DNA from: Thermodesulfobacteriota bacterium
GTDB taxonomy: Bacteria > Desulfobacterota_D > UBA1144 > Nemesobacterales > JAZGCJ01
DNA length: 46,561 nucleotides
Reading direction: 5' to 3'
Assembly (NCBI GenBank): GCA_036476895.1
Contig: JAZGCJ010000261.1
Location: 1-46,561, forward strand
The position numbers and the translations under genes were made by a program. The notes beneath the pieces were generated by a model. It was not told where the DNA came from. It ran no database searches and saw nothing but the letters and a program-made list of their open reading frames with translations. Positions within the stretch are counted from its first letter, which is position 1, and each line of letters opens with the position of its first letter. Below are positions 28,563 through 38,880 of this stretch, one piece after another.

Positions 28563-31289
28563 TTATAAAACCCTAGATAAATATTTACCTGTATAAGATT
28601 CCTTAACTTTCACAATCTCCTCCGGCTTTCCCTCAGCAACGATATAACCACCCTTTTCCCCTCCCTCAGGTCCAAGATCTATTATATAATCCGCCGACTT
28701 TATTATATCGAGGTTATGTTCCACTATAATTGCAGTGTTTCCGGACTCAACCAGCTTATTCACTACATCCAGCAATTTTTTCACATCATCTGCATGTAAC
28801 CCGACTGACGGTTCATCCAGTATATACAGTATATTTCTGCCATCTTTCCTGCTAAGCTCCCTGGCAATCTTAATCCTCTGGGCTTCCCCGCCTGAAAGGG
28901 TTGTAGACTGTTGACCGAGTCTTAAGTATCCGAGACCAACATCACACAAGACTTTGAGCTTCCTCGAAATTTTAGGTGATGCTGAAAAGAAGCTCAGCCC
29001 CTGAGTTACAGTCATACTCAAAATCTGATCAATGTTTTTGCCCTTATACTCAACCTTTAATATCTCACTCTTGAATCTTCTGCCCTTGCATTCATCACAA
29101 GTTACAAACACATCTGCCAGGAAGTGCATGTCGACTTTTTGGGTTCCTTCACCCTGGCATTTCTCACACCTTCCACCGGAAACATTAAACGAATAATGAG
29201 ACGGCTTGAAACCGTTTGCCTTAGAAATCCATGTGCCGGCCATAACATTTCTTATCTCATCGTATACCTTAATATATGTGACCGGGTTTGACCTTGAACT
29301 CCTTCCTATTGGGCTCTGATCTAGCAAGATAATATCCGATATATTCTCAAAACCCTTGATCTCTTTATACTTGCCCACCCTCTCAATATCACTCCTAAAT
29401 TTCCTGGCAAGAGCAGAATATAGAATATCATTGACCAAAGAGCTCTTTCCCGACCCCGACACCCCGGTAACACATATCAAGGTATTGAGCGGGAACTTAA
29501 CGTCTATTTTCTTTAGGTTGTTTTCTTCCGCACATTTTACAGTGATTCTCTTACCATTGCCATTTCTTCTTATACTCGGTAACGGTATCTTTTCCTTTTC
29601 TTTTATATAACTCTTGGTGATCGACTCTATACCGTTTCGCAAGAACGTCTTTGTAGTACCCTGGTAAACAACCTCTCCTCCACTTTCCCCTGCCCCGGGT
29701 CCTAATTCAATAATGTGGTCAGACGCCTTTATCATGCTGAAGTCGTGTTCCACAACTAAAACGGTATTGTCACGATCCCTCAGTTCTTTCAGAAGTGAAA
29801 TTAACCGGTCAATATCTCTGGGATGCAGTCCGACCGATGGTTCATCTAAAACATACAGGGTTTCCGTTAGCCTTGAACCCAGTTGACATGCCAAGTTCAC
29901 TCTCTGTGCCTCTCCCCCAGATAGTGTCCTGGTTAGACGGGACAAACTAACATAGTCCAGGCCCACCTGTAATAAGAATTCGATTCTTGAATTGATTTGT
30001 TTCAATATTTCTTCGGAGATTTCTTTTTCATATCGAGTGAGCTTAATTTTCTCAAAAAACCTCTTTAGTTCAGCAATAGAGATATCGGTCAGTTGAGAGA
30101 TATTCTTATCATTTATTCTTATCCATAGTGCTTCTTTTCTTAACCTGCTACCCTTACATTCGCTGCAAGTGAAGGCCGACCTGTACTTGCTTAAAAAAAC
30201 TCTCACGTGCATCTTGTAGCTCTTTTCTTCCAAGTACTTGAAAAAACCTTTGATACCCCGGAAATTCCCCCCTCCATTGTAAATAAGAGAGAGCTCATCA
30301 CTGGTAAGGGATTTATAAGGTTTGGTTATATCGATTCCCTGCTCCTCTGCAAATTTCAAAAGCTTGTACATAAATCTCATATTGGATGGTTTTGTCAGAG
30401 GTTCGATTGCACCTTTTGACAGGCTCTTGTCCTTGTCTGGCACAATAAGACCCGGATCAACTTCCAGTATGTTCCCAAAGCCCTTGCAGCTCTGACATGC
30501 TCCATGGGGGTTATTAAATGAAAATAAGATCGGCGTCGGTTCATCAAACTTCAATCCACAGGAATTACACTCCAGGTTGCAAGAAAATCTAACCGTGTCT
30601 CCCTCCAATATATGAACCAAAATATAATCACTTTCTGAAAATCCAACCTCCAATGAATCTATCAATCTCGACCTTGATTCCCTGTCCAATACAATTCTAT
30701 CCAGAACAATCTCAGGCTCATCACTTAAATCTTCTATTTCTTCCAGATCAAGAATCTCACCACATTCGTAGACACGAGTGAAGCCCTTTGAAAGGAGAAT
30801 TTCAGAGCTCACGTCATGGCTATGCAGCAAACAGGTAATTATTGCCCTAGCTCCACAGTAATTTCCCAGCACACTATCGGCTATGGCCTGGGGAGAATGT
30901 TTAATAACAGCCTCATTACAATTTGGACAAACTATCTTCCCCACTTTAGAAAACAATAATCTAAGATAGTCGTAAATCTCTGTAGAAGTGCCTACAGTTG
31001 ACCTTGAGTTTCTGACAGTATTTACACTTTCAATAGCAATTGCAGGAGGCAGTCCGGATATGTCATCAAATTCGGGTTTCTCCACCCGTTCAAGAAACTG
31101 CCTTGCATAGGTAGAAAGACTCTCAACATATCTTCTTAATCCCTCCGCATAAATGGTATCGAGCGCGAGTGATGATTTTCCAGAGCCGCTCAAGCCCGTA
31201 ATAACCGTATACTTATGCCAAGGTATTGATATGTCAATACTCTTCAGGTTGTTTTCCCTGGCACCTTTTAGGAGAATTTCACCTTTCAT
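28563..31289 (-). CDS. uvrA: Excinuclease ABC subunit UvrA
   Basis: GARENNLK, two Walker A (GLSGSGKSS, GVSGSGKSS), YVESLSTYARQFL, zinc-finger CxxC pairs, two LSGGEAQR. Confidence 0.95.
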   Translation of the reverse strand: MKGEILLKGARENNLKSIDISIPWHKYTVITGLSGSGKSSLALDTIYAEGLRRYVESLSTYARQFLERVEKPEFDDISGLPPAIAIESVNTVRNSRSTVGTSTEIYDYLRLLFSKVGKIVCPNCNEAVIKHSPQAIADSVLGNYCGARAIITCLLHSHDVSSEILLSKGFTRVYECGEILDLEEIEDLSDEPEIVLDRIVLDRESRSRLIDSLEVGFSESDYILVHILEGDTVRFSCNLECNSCGLKFDEPTPILFSFNNPHGACQSCKGFGNILEVDPGLIVPDKDKSLSKGAIEPLTKPSNMRFMYKLLKFAEEQGIDITKPYKSLTSDELSLIYNGGGNFRGIKGFFKYLEEKSYKMHVRVFLSKYRSAFTCSECKGSRLRKEALWIRINDKNISQLTDISIAELKRFFEKIKLTRYEKEISEEILKQINSRIEFLLQVGLDYVSLSRLTRTLSGGEAQRVNLACQLGSRLTETLYVLDEPSVGLHPRDIDRLISLLKELRDRDNTVLVVEHDFSMIKASDHIIELGPGAGESGGEVVYQGTTKTFLRNGIESITKSYIKEKEKIPLPSIRRNGNGKRITVKCAEENNLKKIDVKFPLNTLICVTGVSGSGKSSLVNDILYSALARKFRSDIERVGKYKEIKGFENISDIILLDQSPIGRSSRSNPVTYIKVYDEIRNVMAGTWISKANGFKPSHYSFNVSGGRCEKCQGEGTQKVDMHFLADVFVTCDECKGRRFKSEILKVEYKGKNIDQILSMTVTQGLSFFSASPKISRKLKVLCDVGLGYLRLGQQSTTLSGGEAQRIKIARELSRKDGRNILYILDEPSVGLHADDVKKLLDVVNKLVESGNTAIIVEHNLDIIKSADYIIDLGPEGGEKGGYIVAEGKPEEIVKVKESYTGKYLSRVL

Positions 31290-31322
31290 TTTTTAAATTA
31301 AAGAATCACCCCAAAAACTGTT

Positions 31323-32021
31323 TCATATAAAAGAACGTATGCTCTCTAAATCCCGTACTTCCAGGTAGTTGCCCTCTTCAAAACCATCCAGATTACGATG
31401 GTTAAGCCATATAACATCAATACCGGCATTCAATCCTCCCATGACATCGGAACCAAAAAGATCCCCTATGTGAATCACATCCTCCTTAGAGAGCATTAAC
31501 TTCTCCAGTGCATAATTAAAAATCTTGATATCCGGTTTAATAAGACCTAAATTTGTAGAATCACCTATAAAGTCAAAATAATCCTTAATTCCGACCTCTT
31601 CACACTTTTCTTCGGTCGTGCCATCGTTATTTGATATTACCCCTAGTGTATAATTTTTGTCTTTTAAATAATCAAGTAACTGCTTTGCCCCGGGTAGTAA
31701 CTTGCGACCGTATCCTATTTCTCGCATTTCAATTCGTGTTTTTTGCCTTACTTTCTGTATATCCTCATCAAATGAGAGATAATCCAGCACAAGCGGGATA
31801 AACCAGTTTCTATGATCTTGAGGACTAATACCTCCAACCCTTTTATGCTTTTTATACAGTTCATAGTCTGCTTTTGTATAAGCCTTTTCAAAATCCCTGT
31901 CTGAAATGTTATAACCGGCTTTTCTAAGCGCCATTGCCAACCTGTTTATATACGGTGGGTCGGTTGAGGCCAGTGTGTCGCCAAAATCAAAGAGTATCGC
32001 TTTCTTACTGTTATATTTCAT
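31323..32021 (-). CDS. HAD-superfamily hydrolase
   Basis: LFDFGDTL, ISN, KPD..IF, HIGD...DV.G. Confidence 0.92.
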   Translation of the reverse strand: MKYNSKKAILFDFGDTLASTDPPYINRLAMALRKAGYNISDRDFEKAYTKADYELYKKHKRVGGISPQDHRNWFIPLVLDYLSFDEDIQKVRQKTRIEMREIGYGRKLLPGAKQLLDYLKDKNYTLGVISNNDGTTEEKCEEVGIKDYFDFIGDSTNLGLIKPDIKIFNYALEKLMLSKEDVIHIGDLFGSDVMGGLNAGIDVIWLNHRNLDGFEEGNYLEVRDLESIRSFI

Positions 32022-32192
32022 GATAAAATCATTTAACCGCTTGATACCAATTACCGTTCACATTAATATAGTATAATTGGGTCCAGCTAACTTAATTATA
32101 ACTATAATATTTTAATCTAAAACGGATACTCGAAAAGATTGCCAAGAAATTTTATCTTAGATACATTTCCTAAATTTCTGGAGGGACAGAAA

Positions 32193-33440
32193 ATGCTAAA
32201 ACTCAAAGATACAGACCCCGAGATATTTACTCAAATTAATAACGAAATCGAAAGACAGGAATATATATTAGAGTTGATAGCATCCGAAAATTATGTGAGC
32301 GATGCGGTGCTGGAAGCTACGGGTTCAGTACTCACGAATAAGTATGCAGAGGGACTACCCGGAAAAAGATACTACGGCGGATGCGAGTTCGTGGATATAG
32401 CAGAAGATCTGGCAAGGGAAAGAGCCAAGAAGCTTTTCGGTGCAGATGCTGTAAACGTTCAGCCTCATTCAGGAGCTCAGGCCAACATGTCGGTTTATTT
32501 TGCCGCATTAGATCCAGGGGATACAATTTTGGGTATGAGCCTTGCTCACGGTGGTCATTTAACCCATGGAAGCCCAGTAAATTTTTCCGGAAGACTTTAC
32601 AATGTTGTAGCGTATGGAGTAAGGGAAGACAACAATTTAATCGATTATGACGAAGTAAGGGATCTAGCAAAAGAACATAATCCTAAATTGATAGTAGTTG
32701 GATGGAGTGCGTATCCGAGGGACATAGACTTTGAAATATTCCATGAGATAGCAGATGAATGTGGCTCCCTTTTAATGGCTGACATAGCCCACCCGGCAGG
32801 GCTGGTTGTTGCAGGCCTGTACTCAGACCCAATTCCACATTGTGACTATGTTACAACAACAACTCATAAAACCCTTCGAGGCCCGAGGGGGGGAATAGTA
32901 ATGATGAAGGAAGAGCATGCAAAAAAAGTAAATAGCAGGGTATTCCCCGGTACACAGGGCGGCCCACTAATGCATATTATTGCTGCAAAGGCCGTTGCCT
33001 TTAAGGAAGCTATGGAACCGGAATTTATTGAATATCAAAAACAAATCGTCAAAAACGCAAGGGTTTTGGGTGAATGTATGGTAGAATCAGGTTTCAGATT
33101 AGTATCAGGCGGAACAGATACCCACCTGGTACTGGTAGACCTGAGGGACACAGATCTAACCGGTCAAATAGCAGAAGATATATTGGAAAAGGCCGGAATC
33201 ACTGTAAACAAGAATGCTATACCGTTTGATCCAAGACCCCCAGCTATAGCAAGTGGGATTAGAATCGGTACTCCCGCAATAACAACAAGGGGCATGAAGG
33301 AAGAGGAGATAAGAATAATTTCAGATATGATTAAAAGAGCATTGAGCAATCCTCAAGATGAACAGCTTCTTTCCAGGATTAAGGACGGGGTTAAGGAACT
33401 ATGCAGCAATTTCCCAATATACAGACATAGGCTTAATTAA
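32193..33440 (+). CDS. glyA: Serine hydroxymethyltransferase
   Basis: [34 protein letters not shown]; GGAGG RBS before ATG 32193. Confidence 0.98.
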   Translation: MLKLKDTDPEIFTQINNEIERQEYILELIASENYVSDAVLEATGSVLTNKYAEGLPGKRYYGGCEFVDIAEDLARERAKKLFGADAVNVQPHSGAQANMSVYFAALDPGDTILGMSLAHGGHLTHGSPVNFSGRLYNVVAYGVREDNNLIDYDEVRDLAKEHNPKLIVVGWSAYPRDIDFEIFHEIADECGSLLMADIAHPAGLVVAGLYSDPIPHCDYVTTTTHKTLRGPRGGIVMMKEEHAKKVNSRVFPGTQGGPLMHIIAAKAVAFKEAMEPEFIEYQKQIVKNARVLGECMVESGFRLVSGGTDTHLVLVDLRDTDLTGQIAEDILEKAGITVNKNAIPFDPRPPAIASGIRIGTPAITTRGMKEEEIRIISDMIKRALSNPQDEQLLSRIKDGVKELCSNFPIYRHRLN

Positions 33441-33986
33441 ATGAAATGCCCGTATTGTTCAAGTCAAACTAATAAAGTAATCGACTCACGTCTGTCCAAG
33501 GATGCTGTATCGATAAGAAGACGACGAGAATGCCTGGACTGTAAGAGAAGATTCACAACTTATGAAAGAGTTGAACAGGCAGGCCTCTTAGTCGTTAAAA
33601 AAGATGGCAGGAGGGAAGAATTCGACAGAAACAAGATCCTATCGGGCATGATCAAAGCATGTGAAAAAAGACCGATCAGCATCAACACGATTGAGAAATT
33701 CATAACAGATTTTGAAAAGGAACTATACGATAGGGGAGAAAGAGAGGTTGAAAGCCGGGAGATCGGGGAAATATTAATCAAAAAACTCTATGAAATTGAC
33801 GAAGTAGCTTACGTAAGATTTGCTTCAGTCTATAGATCTTTTAAAGATGTTAATCAGTTCATGGATGAATTGGAAGAATTACTTAAAGAAAAAAGTGCTG
33901 AGAAGAGAAAATCACAAAACAAAAAAGAGCAATATAAATCTTCATTGCCGTTAGACATCAGTGATAGTGATAGTGATAACGAATGA
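33441..33986 (+). CDS. nrdR: Transcriptional repressor NrdR
   Basis: [25 protein letters not shown] cone, [10 protein letters not shown]. Confidence 0.97.
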   Translation: MKCPYCSSQTNKVIDSRLSKDAVSIRRRRECLDCKRRFTTYERVEQAGLLVVKKDGRREEFDRNKILSGMIKACEKRPISINTIEKFITDFEKELYDRGEREVESREIGEILIKKLYEIDEVAYVRFASVYRSFKDVNQFMDELEELLKEKSAEKRKSQNKKEQYKSSLPLDISDSDSDNE

Positions 33987-34747
33987 TAATTGACAGCCAC
34001 GCCCATCTTGAATCACTTGAAGATTTAGAAGAAAAAATCACAAGAGCCAAAGATCAAAAAATTACGAATATTGTCTCGATTTCTTCAAGCGTAAATTCAT
34101 CAAAAAATACTATCGGAATTGCGGAAAACTACGATATGGTTTATTCCTCCGTAGGAATTCATCCGCACAACGCAGATCAATTTAATGATCAATCAATCAA
34201 TGAGTTAGAAAAACTAAGTAAGAATTCCAAAGTTGTTGCAATTGGAGAAACAGGTTTGGACTATCATTATCTAAATTCCACAAAGGATATCCAGATCAGG
34301 TGTTTCAAATCGCATCTGAACCTATCAAAAAAGTTGGACCTTCCAGTAATTATACATGTAAGAGAATCAGATACAGACCTGATTAATTCAATAAAAGAAG
34401 AGTGTTTCCCCGGTGATTTAGGCATAATTCACTGTTTTTCTGGAAATTACGAAACAGCTAAAATCTATCTGGAACTCGGCTTTTATATCTCTTTTTCAGG
34501 CATTGTCACATTCAAGAAGGCTGAGGAATTGAGGGAAACCGCTTCAAAATTGCCAATAGATCGAATTTTAGTTGAAACTGATTCACCGTATTTGGCCCCT
34601 GTTCCATACAGAGGCAAACCAAATGAACCTTGCAATGTTCGTTATGTTGTAGAAAAAATTGCAGAGATAAGAAACATAAGTTTTGAGAAAGCCGCACAGC
34701 AAACTGCAGAAAATGCCATAAGGCTTTTTAAGATTCCTAATCATTAA
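33983..34747 (+). CDS. tatD: TatD-family DNase
   Basis: [33 protein letters not shown]. Confidence 0.95.
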   Translation: MIIDSHAHLESLEDLEEKITRAKDQKITNIVSISSSVNSSKNTIGIAENYDMVYSSVGIHPHNADQFNDQSINELEKLSKNSKVVAIGETGLDYHYLNSTKDIQIRCFKSHLNLSKKLDLPVIIHVRESDTDLINSIKEECFPGDLGIIHCFSGNYETAKIYLELGFYISFSGIVTFKKAEELRETASKLPIDRILVETDSPYLAPVPYRGKPNEPCNVRYVVEKIAEIRNISFEKAAQQTAENAIRLFKIPNH

Positions 34748-34820
34748 AGAATAAATATATTTTTCAATGAAGCCTTTAATGATATTCTAGTAATAAGCTT
34801 TAAATTTCTTTTAAAATGCG

Positions 34821-35777
34821 ATGAATAAAAAGTTGCCAAAAATCGGTATTACCATGGGAGATCCGAATGGAATAGGTCCCGAAGTAATTGTGAAGTCTTT
34901 AGCATGCTCGGAACTGACGAGTTTGTGCGAACCTGTTATATTCGGAAGTAAAGAAATAATAGACCACGCAATGGACTTGACAGGTTTGTTGGTTGAAACC
35001 AAAATCCAAGATATCCGAGAATTTAAATTAGAGGATATTAAACCGGGTGAGGTCGATAAAAAATCCGGAAAAGCTTCTCTTGAATATATCAAAAACGCCG
35101 TTGAATTTGCTTTAGAAAGCAGGATTGATGCAATTGTTACCGCACCTATAAACAAAGAGTCTACACACTTGGCCGGTTCTGATTACCCAGGGCATACAGA
35201 AATGCTAAGCGCACTCACCAATACTAAAAACTTTGCAATGATGTTCGATTGTGGAAAGCTTAGAGTAACACTTGTTACTATTCATATTCCCCTATCAGAT
35301 GTGCCCGGAACCATAGACAAGGATAAGATATTAAATTCTATACATCTTACCAACGAGTACATAGTCAAATTTCATAAAATTACCGTCCCAAAAATAGTTG
35401 TTTGTGGATTAAATCCACATGCAAGCGAATCCGGAGCATTTGGAAATGAAGAGAGAGAAACCATTATACCGGCTATAGAGAATGCTAAAGACGAAGGAAT
35501 AGATGTAGAAGGACCCTCGCCTGCAGACACCTTATTCTATTATGCCCAGCAAGGTAGGTGGGATGGAATAATTGCAATGTATCACGACCAGGGTCTAATA
35601 CCTTTCAAAATGTTATCTTTTGAAGAAGGTGTTAACGTAACTCTTGGCCTTCCAATAATACGAACCTCACCCGATCATGGGACGGCCTTTGATATCGCAT
35701 GGAAGGGAATTGCCAATCCAAGCAGTTTATTATCGGCAATTAAGCATGCGGTGTTTATGGCTAATAACAGGATCTAG
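34821..35777 (+). CDS. pdxA: 4-hydroxythreonine-4-phosphate dehydrogenase (PdxA family)
   Basis: GDPNGIGPE, GHTE, LNPHA, MYHDQG, RTSPDHGTAFDIA. Confidence 0.93.
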   Translation: MNKKLPKIGITMGDPNGIGPEVIVKSLACSELTSLCEPVIFGSKEIIDHAMDLTGLLVETKIQDIREFKLEDIKPGEVDKKSGKASLEYIKNAVEFALESRIDAIVTAPINKESTHLAGSDYPGHTEMLSALTNTKNFAMMFDCGKLRVTLVTIHIPLSDVPGTIDKDKILNSIHLTNEYIVKFHKITVPKIVVCGLNPHASESGAFGNEERETIIPAIENAKDEGIDVEGPSPADTLFYYAQQGRWDGIIAMYHDQGLIPFKMLSFEEGVNVTLGLPIIRTSPDHGTAFDIAWKGIANPSSLLSAIKHAVFMANNRI

Positions 35778-35793
35778 ACGACAAACAACCCAA

Positions 35794-36537
35794 TCAACTT
35801 AAAACCTCTGGACTGCCACATAGTAAAGGCAGTACCTCTCCAGATTTTTTTCTAATCCTAATATCATAGAGGTGAGAACTCGGTGTATCCTCCAAGTTTA
35901 TTTCTACAACCTTTTTCCCAGCCTCTTTAGCAATAATACCCATCGATGCAGCTGGCTCGACAATGCCGGATGTACCGACAATCAATAACACATCACATTC
36001 CTCAATTACGTTAAGGGATTTATCTATTACATCCATTGGGATCATCTCACCAAACCAGACCACATTTGGCCTGCCCATATCCCCACATTTGCTGCAAGTG
36101 GGTGGAATTTCTTTCAGAGGCACATCGAAATTAGTCTCAATCTCACCACACTTCGTACATCTAATCTTCCAGATATTTCCATGGATCTCTATAACGTTTT
36201 TACTTCCCGCTATTTGGTGAAGCCCATCAACATTTTGCGTGATAAGATTAAAATTTGACTTTTGGTCCTCCAGTTCAACAAGAGCATAGTGACCGGGGTT
36301 GGGTTTAGCTTCTCCTATTGTTTTTCTTCTCCAGTCGTACCATTCCCATACCAATTTCGGATCCTTCCAAAAAGCCTGAGGTGTTGCAAGTTCCTCAGGT
36401 TTAAAATTATTCCATAATCCCTGCTGACCCCTAAAAGTCTGTATTCCACTCTCAGCAGAAATACCGGCACCGGTCATCACAGCAACTTTGCCTGATTCGT
36501 CAATTAAATCTTTTGTTTCTAATATATATTTATCCAT
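35794..36537 (-). CDS. cobB: NAD-dependent protein deacylase (class III sirtuin)
   Basis: TGAGISAESGI.TFRG, TQNVDGLH, HG, two CxxC, RPNVVWFGE, GTS. Confidence 0.95.
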   Translation of the reverse strand: MDKYILETKDLIDESGKVAVMTGAGISAESGIQTFRGQQGLWNNFKPEELATPQAFWKDPKLVWEWYDWRRKTIGEAKPNPGHYALVELEDQKSNFNLITQNVDGLHQIAGSKNVIEIHGNIWKIRCTKCGEIETNFDVPLKEIPPTCSKCGDMGRPNVVWFGEMIPMDVIDKSLNVIEECDVLLIVGTSGIVEPAASMGIIAKEAGKKVVEINLEDTPSSHLYDIRIRKKSGEVLPLLCGSPEVLS

Positions 36538-36612
36538 TAAACGAGACAGAACTTAAACAAAGATTAATCTTACACGCTTTCAAATAAAAATATAATTAGC
36601 AGATAATGCTGC

Positions 36613-37398
36613 CTAGCTCGTACTATTCTTCAATAATGAAAGAGTATCAACCATCTGGGAATGTAAAATAGAATTAGATGCAAGAATCTCCTTTTCATTA
36701 ATATCGAACAGATCACCATTAAAATTCGTAACCTTTCCACCAGCCTCAACTACAATTAGATACCCAGCGGATGTATCCCAAGGGTTCAACCCAATTTCCC
36801 AGAAACCATCAAACCTTCCGCATGCCACATAGCAAAGATCAAGTGCAGCGGACCCATCCCTTCTCACAGCTCTTGTTCTTTTAATAAAATTGCTGAAATG
36901 TATTAAATTTTCATCAATCATCCATTCTTCATCATGCAAAAATCCTGTAGACACATTGCTTTCATTTAGAGAACGAGCTTTCGAAACAGATATTTCATTA
37001 TCGTTTAAAAACGCACCCCTTCCCCTCTCGGCTTTAAACATTTCATCCTTTACAGGATCATAAACAACACCAACTACTAATTCTGAGTTGATACTAAATG
37101 CAATTGATATACAGAAAAAGGGATATGAATGAGCATAGTTTGTTGTCCCATCCAATGGATCAATTATCCATTGAAAGTCTGATTCATGTTCGTCCTTTCC
37201 CGATTCTTCAGCAAAGATAGAATGTTTAGGATAATATCGCTTGATAATGTCTATTATAGATTTTTCAGACTGATTATCTATTTCTGTAACAAGATTGTGC
37301 TTAGACTTGTGTTCTATTTTTTTAACTTTACCCAGATTACTTAATAAAATATTGCCAGAAACCCTTGCTGCAATCTCGGCCAGTTCGGAATATCGCAT
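36613..37398 (-). CDS. suhB: Inositol monophosphatase family protein
   Basis: WIIDPLDGTTNYAH, RR.GSAALDLCYVA.GRFDGFWE, PWD..AG. Confidence 0.92.
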   Translation of the reverse strand: MRYSELAEIAARVSGNILLSNLGKVKKIEHKSKHNLVTEIDNQSEKSIIDIIKRYYPKHSIFAEESGKDEHESDFQWIIDPLDGTTNYAHSYPFFCISIAFSINSELVVGVVYDPVKDEMFKAERGRGAFLNDNEISVSKARSLNESNVSTGFLHDEEWMIDENLIHFSNFIKRTRAVRRDGSAALDLCYVACGRFDGFWEIGLNPWDTSAGYLIVVEAGGKVTNFNGDLFDINEKEILASNSILHSQMVDTLSLLKNSTS

Positions 37399-37408
37399 TA
37401 AGTAATAA

Positions 37409-37861
37409 TTATGCAGTTTCTGCTAGCTTCAGGTCAAATAAATTATTGATTATTATACTAGTTTTCTTAAAGTCAGTATCATCAAAGTCAGGGAAATAGG
37501 CATTATCTCTGGTTTCTCTCCTTAGGAGAAGAATTGCAGATATAGTATGTTCATTTAGTTGAAATGGATAAGCCATCATCTTCTTTATATTACTTTTTCC
37601 CATGCTTAGCAGGCAATCGATCGACGCTAATCCTTTTTCGCTTAAATAATTGTTAGTATAGAAAGGCTTTTTCTCGTTCATACATTTAATGATTGGATTT
37701 TTTATATCCAAAGGTATGAGATTTCCCTTAACTAGATTTGGATAAACAAACTCGACCAATTCATTATTAGGATTATAAGAAATAAGATAGAAAGAGTTGG
37801 GCTGAAGGTCAAACTCAAACGATACCAAGTTTTCCAAGCTCTTAAATTGATTAAAACTCAA
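37409..37861 (-). CDS. Hypothetical protein, possible stand-alone GAF-like domain
   Basis: GGAGG RBS before TTG; C-terminal MMAYPF..AILLL.R..F...D pattern resembles GAF. Confidence 0.55.
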   Translation of the reverse strand: MSFNQFKSLENLVSFEFDLQPNSFYLISYNPNNELVEFVYPNLVKGNLIPLDIKNPIIKCMNEKKPFYTNNYLSEKGLASIDCLLSMGKSNIKKMMAYPFQLNEHTISAILLLRRETRDNAYFPDFDDTDFKKTSIIINNLFDLKLAETA

Positions 37862-38042
37862 GGGATTCGTGCCTCCGATTTAAGAAAATTTTGAGACTTT
37901 TTCCCATCCTGCAATAATTTTCATGTGTTATACCAATAACTTCAATTGGACTTTAGTACTGTATAGTAGTTAATACAAAAGTAGTAATAAACTCACCTAT
38001 GGAAACAGGATTAATAATATCAAATAATCAGATGTTTGAAAA

Positions 38043-38264
38043 TTATTCACTGTTATCTATATTTTCAACAACATCATTACCTTTCACCGGAATTATTAAC
38101 CATGCTACAATATACGCAACTATAGCAGGAACAAGACCTGTAAGTACTGTAATAAAAACAAAAATTAGCCTTATGATGGTTGAATCATAAGACAGCAATT
38201 CGTCCAGTCCCTAGCATATCCCGGCTATCTTTTTATCGGTATCAGACCTGTAAATTTTTCTCAT
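38043..38264 (-). pseudogene. pspC: PspC-domain protein with in-frame TAG at codon 18
   Basis: AGGAG RBS; MRKIYRSDTDKKIAGIC*GLDELLSYDSTIIRLIFVFITVLTGLVPAIVAYIVAWLIIP...; TAG at 38211-38213; absent from the ORF track. Confidence 0.85.
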
Positions 38265-38312
38265 AATTTCACTCCTGATCCATATATTAAATTGTTTAGA
38301 CCATCTTTAACA

Positions 38313-38762
38313 CTAGTCATAAGTATTATGCTTAAGCAATTTTGAATAGTATTGATCCGAAAGAAAATCTTTCGCCTGCAGAAGGTTACTTAAATAAGAT
38401 TTTGAAGGGAGCAACCCATCCTTTACCATTATTGAATTAGCAATATAAGTAACTGAAATTACTCCATTTCCACCGTTAAAAACCGGTTTAACATATATTC
38501 TGATGTATTGATTGGGAAAACCCTCGAATCTATCCAAACTAATTATGTCAGACATCTTCATCTCATATAATACTCCCTCAACAATTCCATTTGGATCTAC
38601 CACCAAATTAGCAAAACCTTCTGAGGGATTGGATGAACATAACTTGTTGAATTTCAACCTGTATCCGTATAGTCTAGCCCGCCTCATATTTTTATAGTTG
38701 GCATTCCTAAACCTCATCCTCCTAAAGTTCATATTTGATCCGTAAGCAAAATATTTCATCAT
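38313..38762 (-). CDS. Gamma-glutamylcyclotransferase (GGCT/AIG2-like)
   Basis: YFAYGSNM, L.GY.L.F, V.GVLY, LD.FEG, PS..Y. Confidence 0.88.
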   Translation of the reverse strand: MMKYFAYGSNMNFRRMRFRNANYKNMRRARLYGYRLKFNKLCSSNPSEGFANLVVDPNGIVEGVLYEMKMSDIISLDRFEGFPNQYIRIYVKPVFNGGNGVISVTYIANSIMVKDGLLPSKSYLSNLLQAKDFLSDQYYSKLLKHNTYD

Positions 38763-38880
38763 TTATAGTTTAAAAAATTCGTAAGTATAAATAAAATTGC
38801 ACATAATATATTTAACAATTTATTAAATTAAGTCCTCTCTGCCAAATCTTTTTATATGTTTAACTTAAGGATTTATTAAA

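Noticed and set aside
33960-33977. AGTGAT x3 microrepeat at the nrdR 3' end
   Set aside because: It encodes a low-complexity SDSDSD tail with no sign of separate function.
12202-38213. Alternative genetic code, selenocysteine or pyrrolysine as the explanation for the in-frame stops
   Set aside because: Three different stop codons are involved, all end normal genes here, and none sits at a catalytic Cys position. Other signs of decay accompany two of them.
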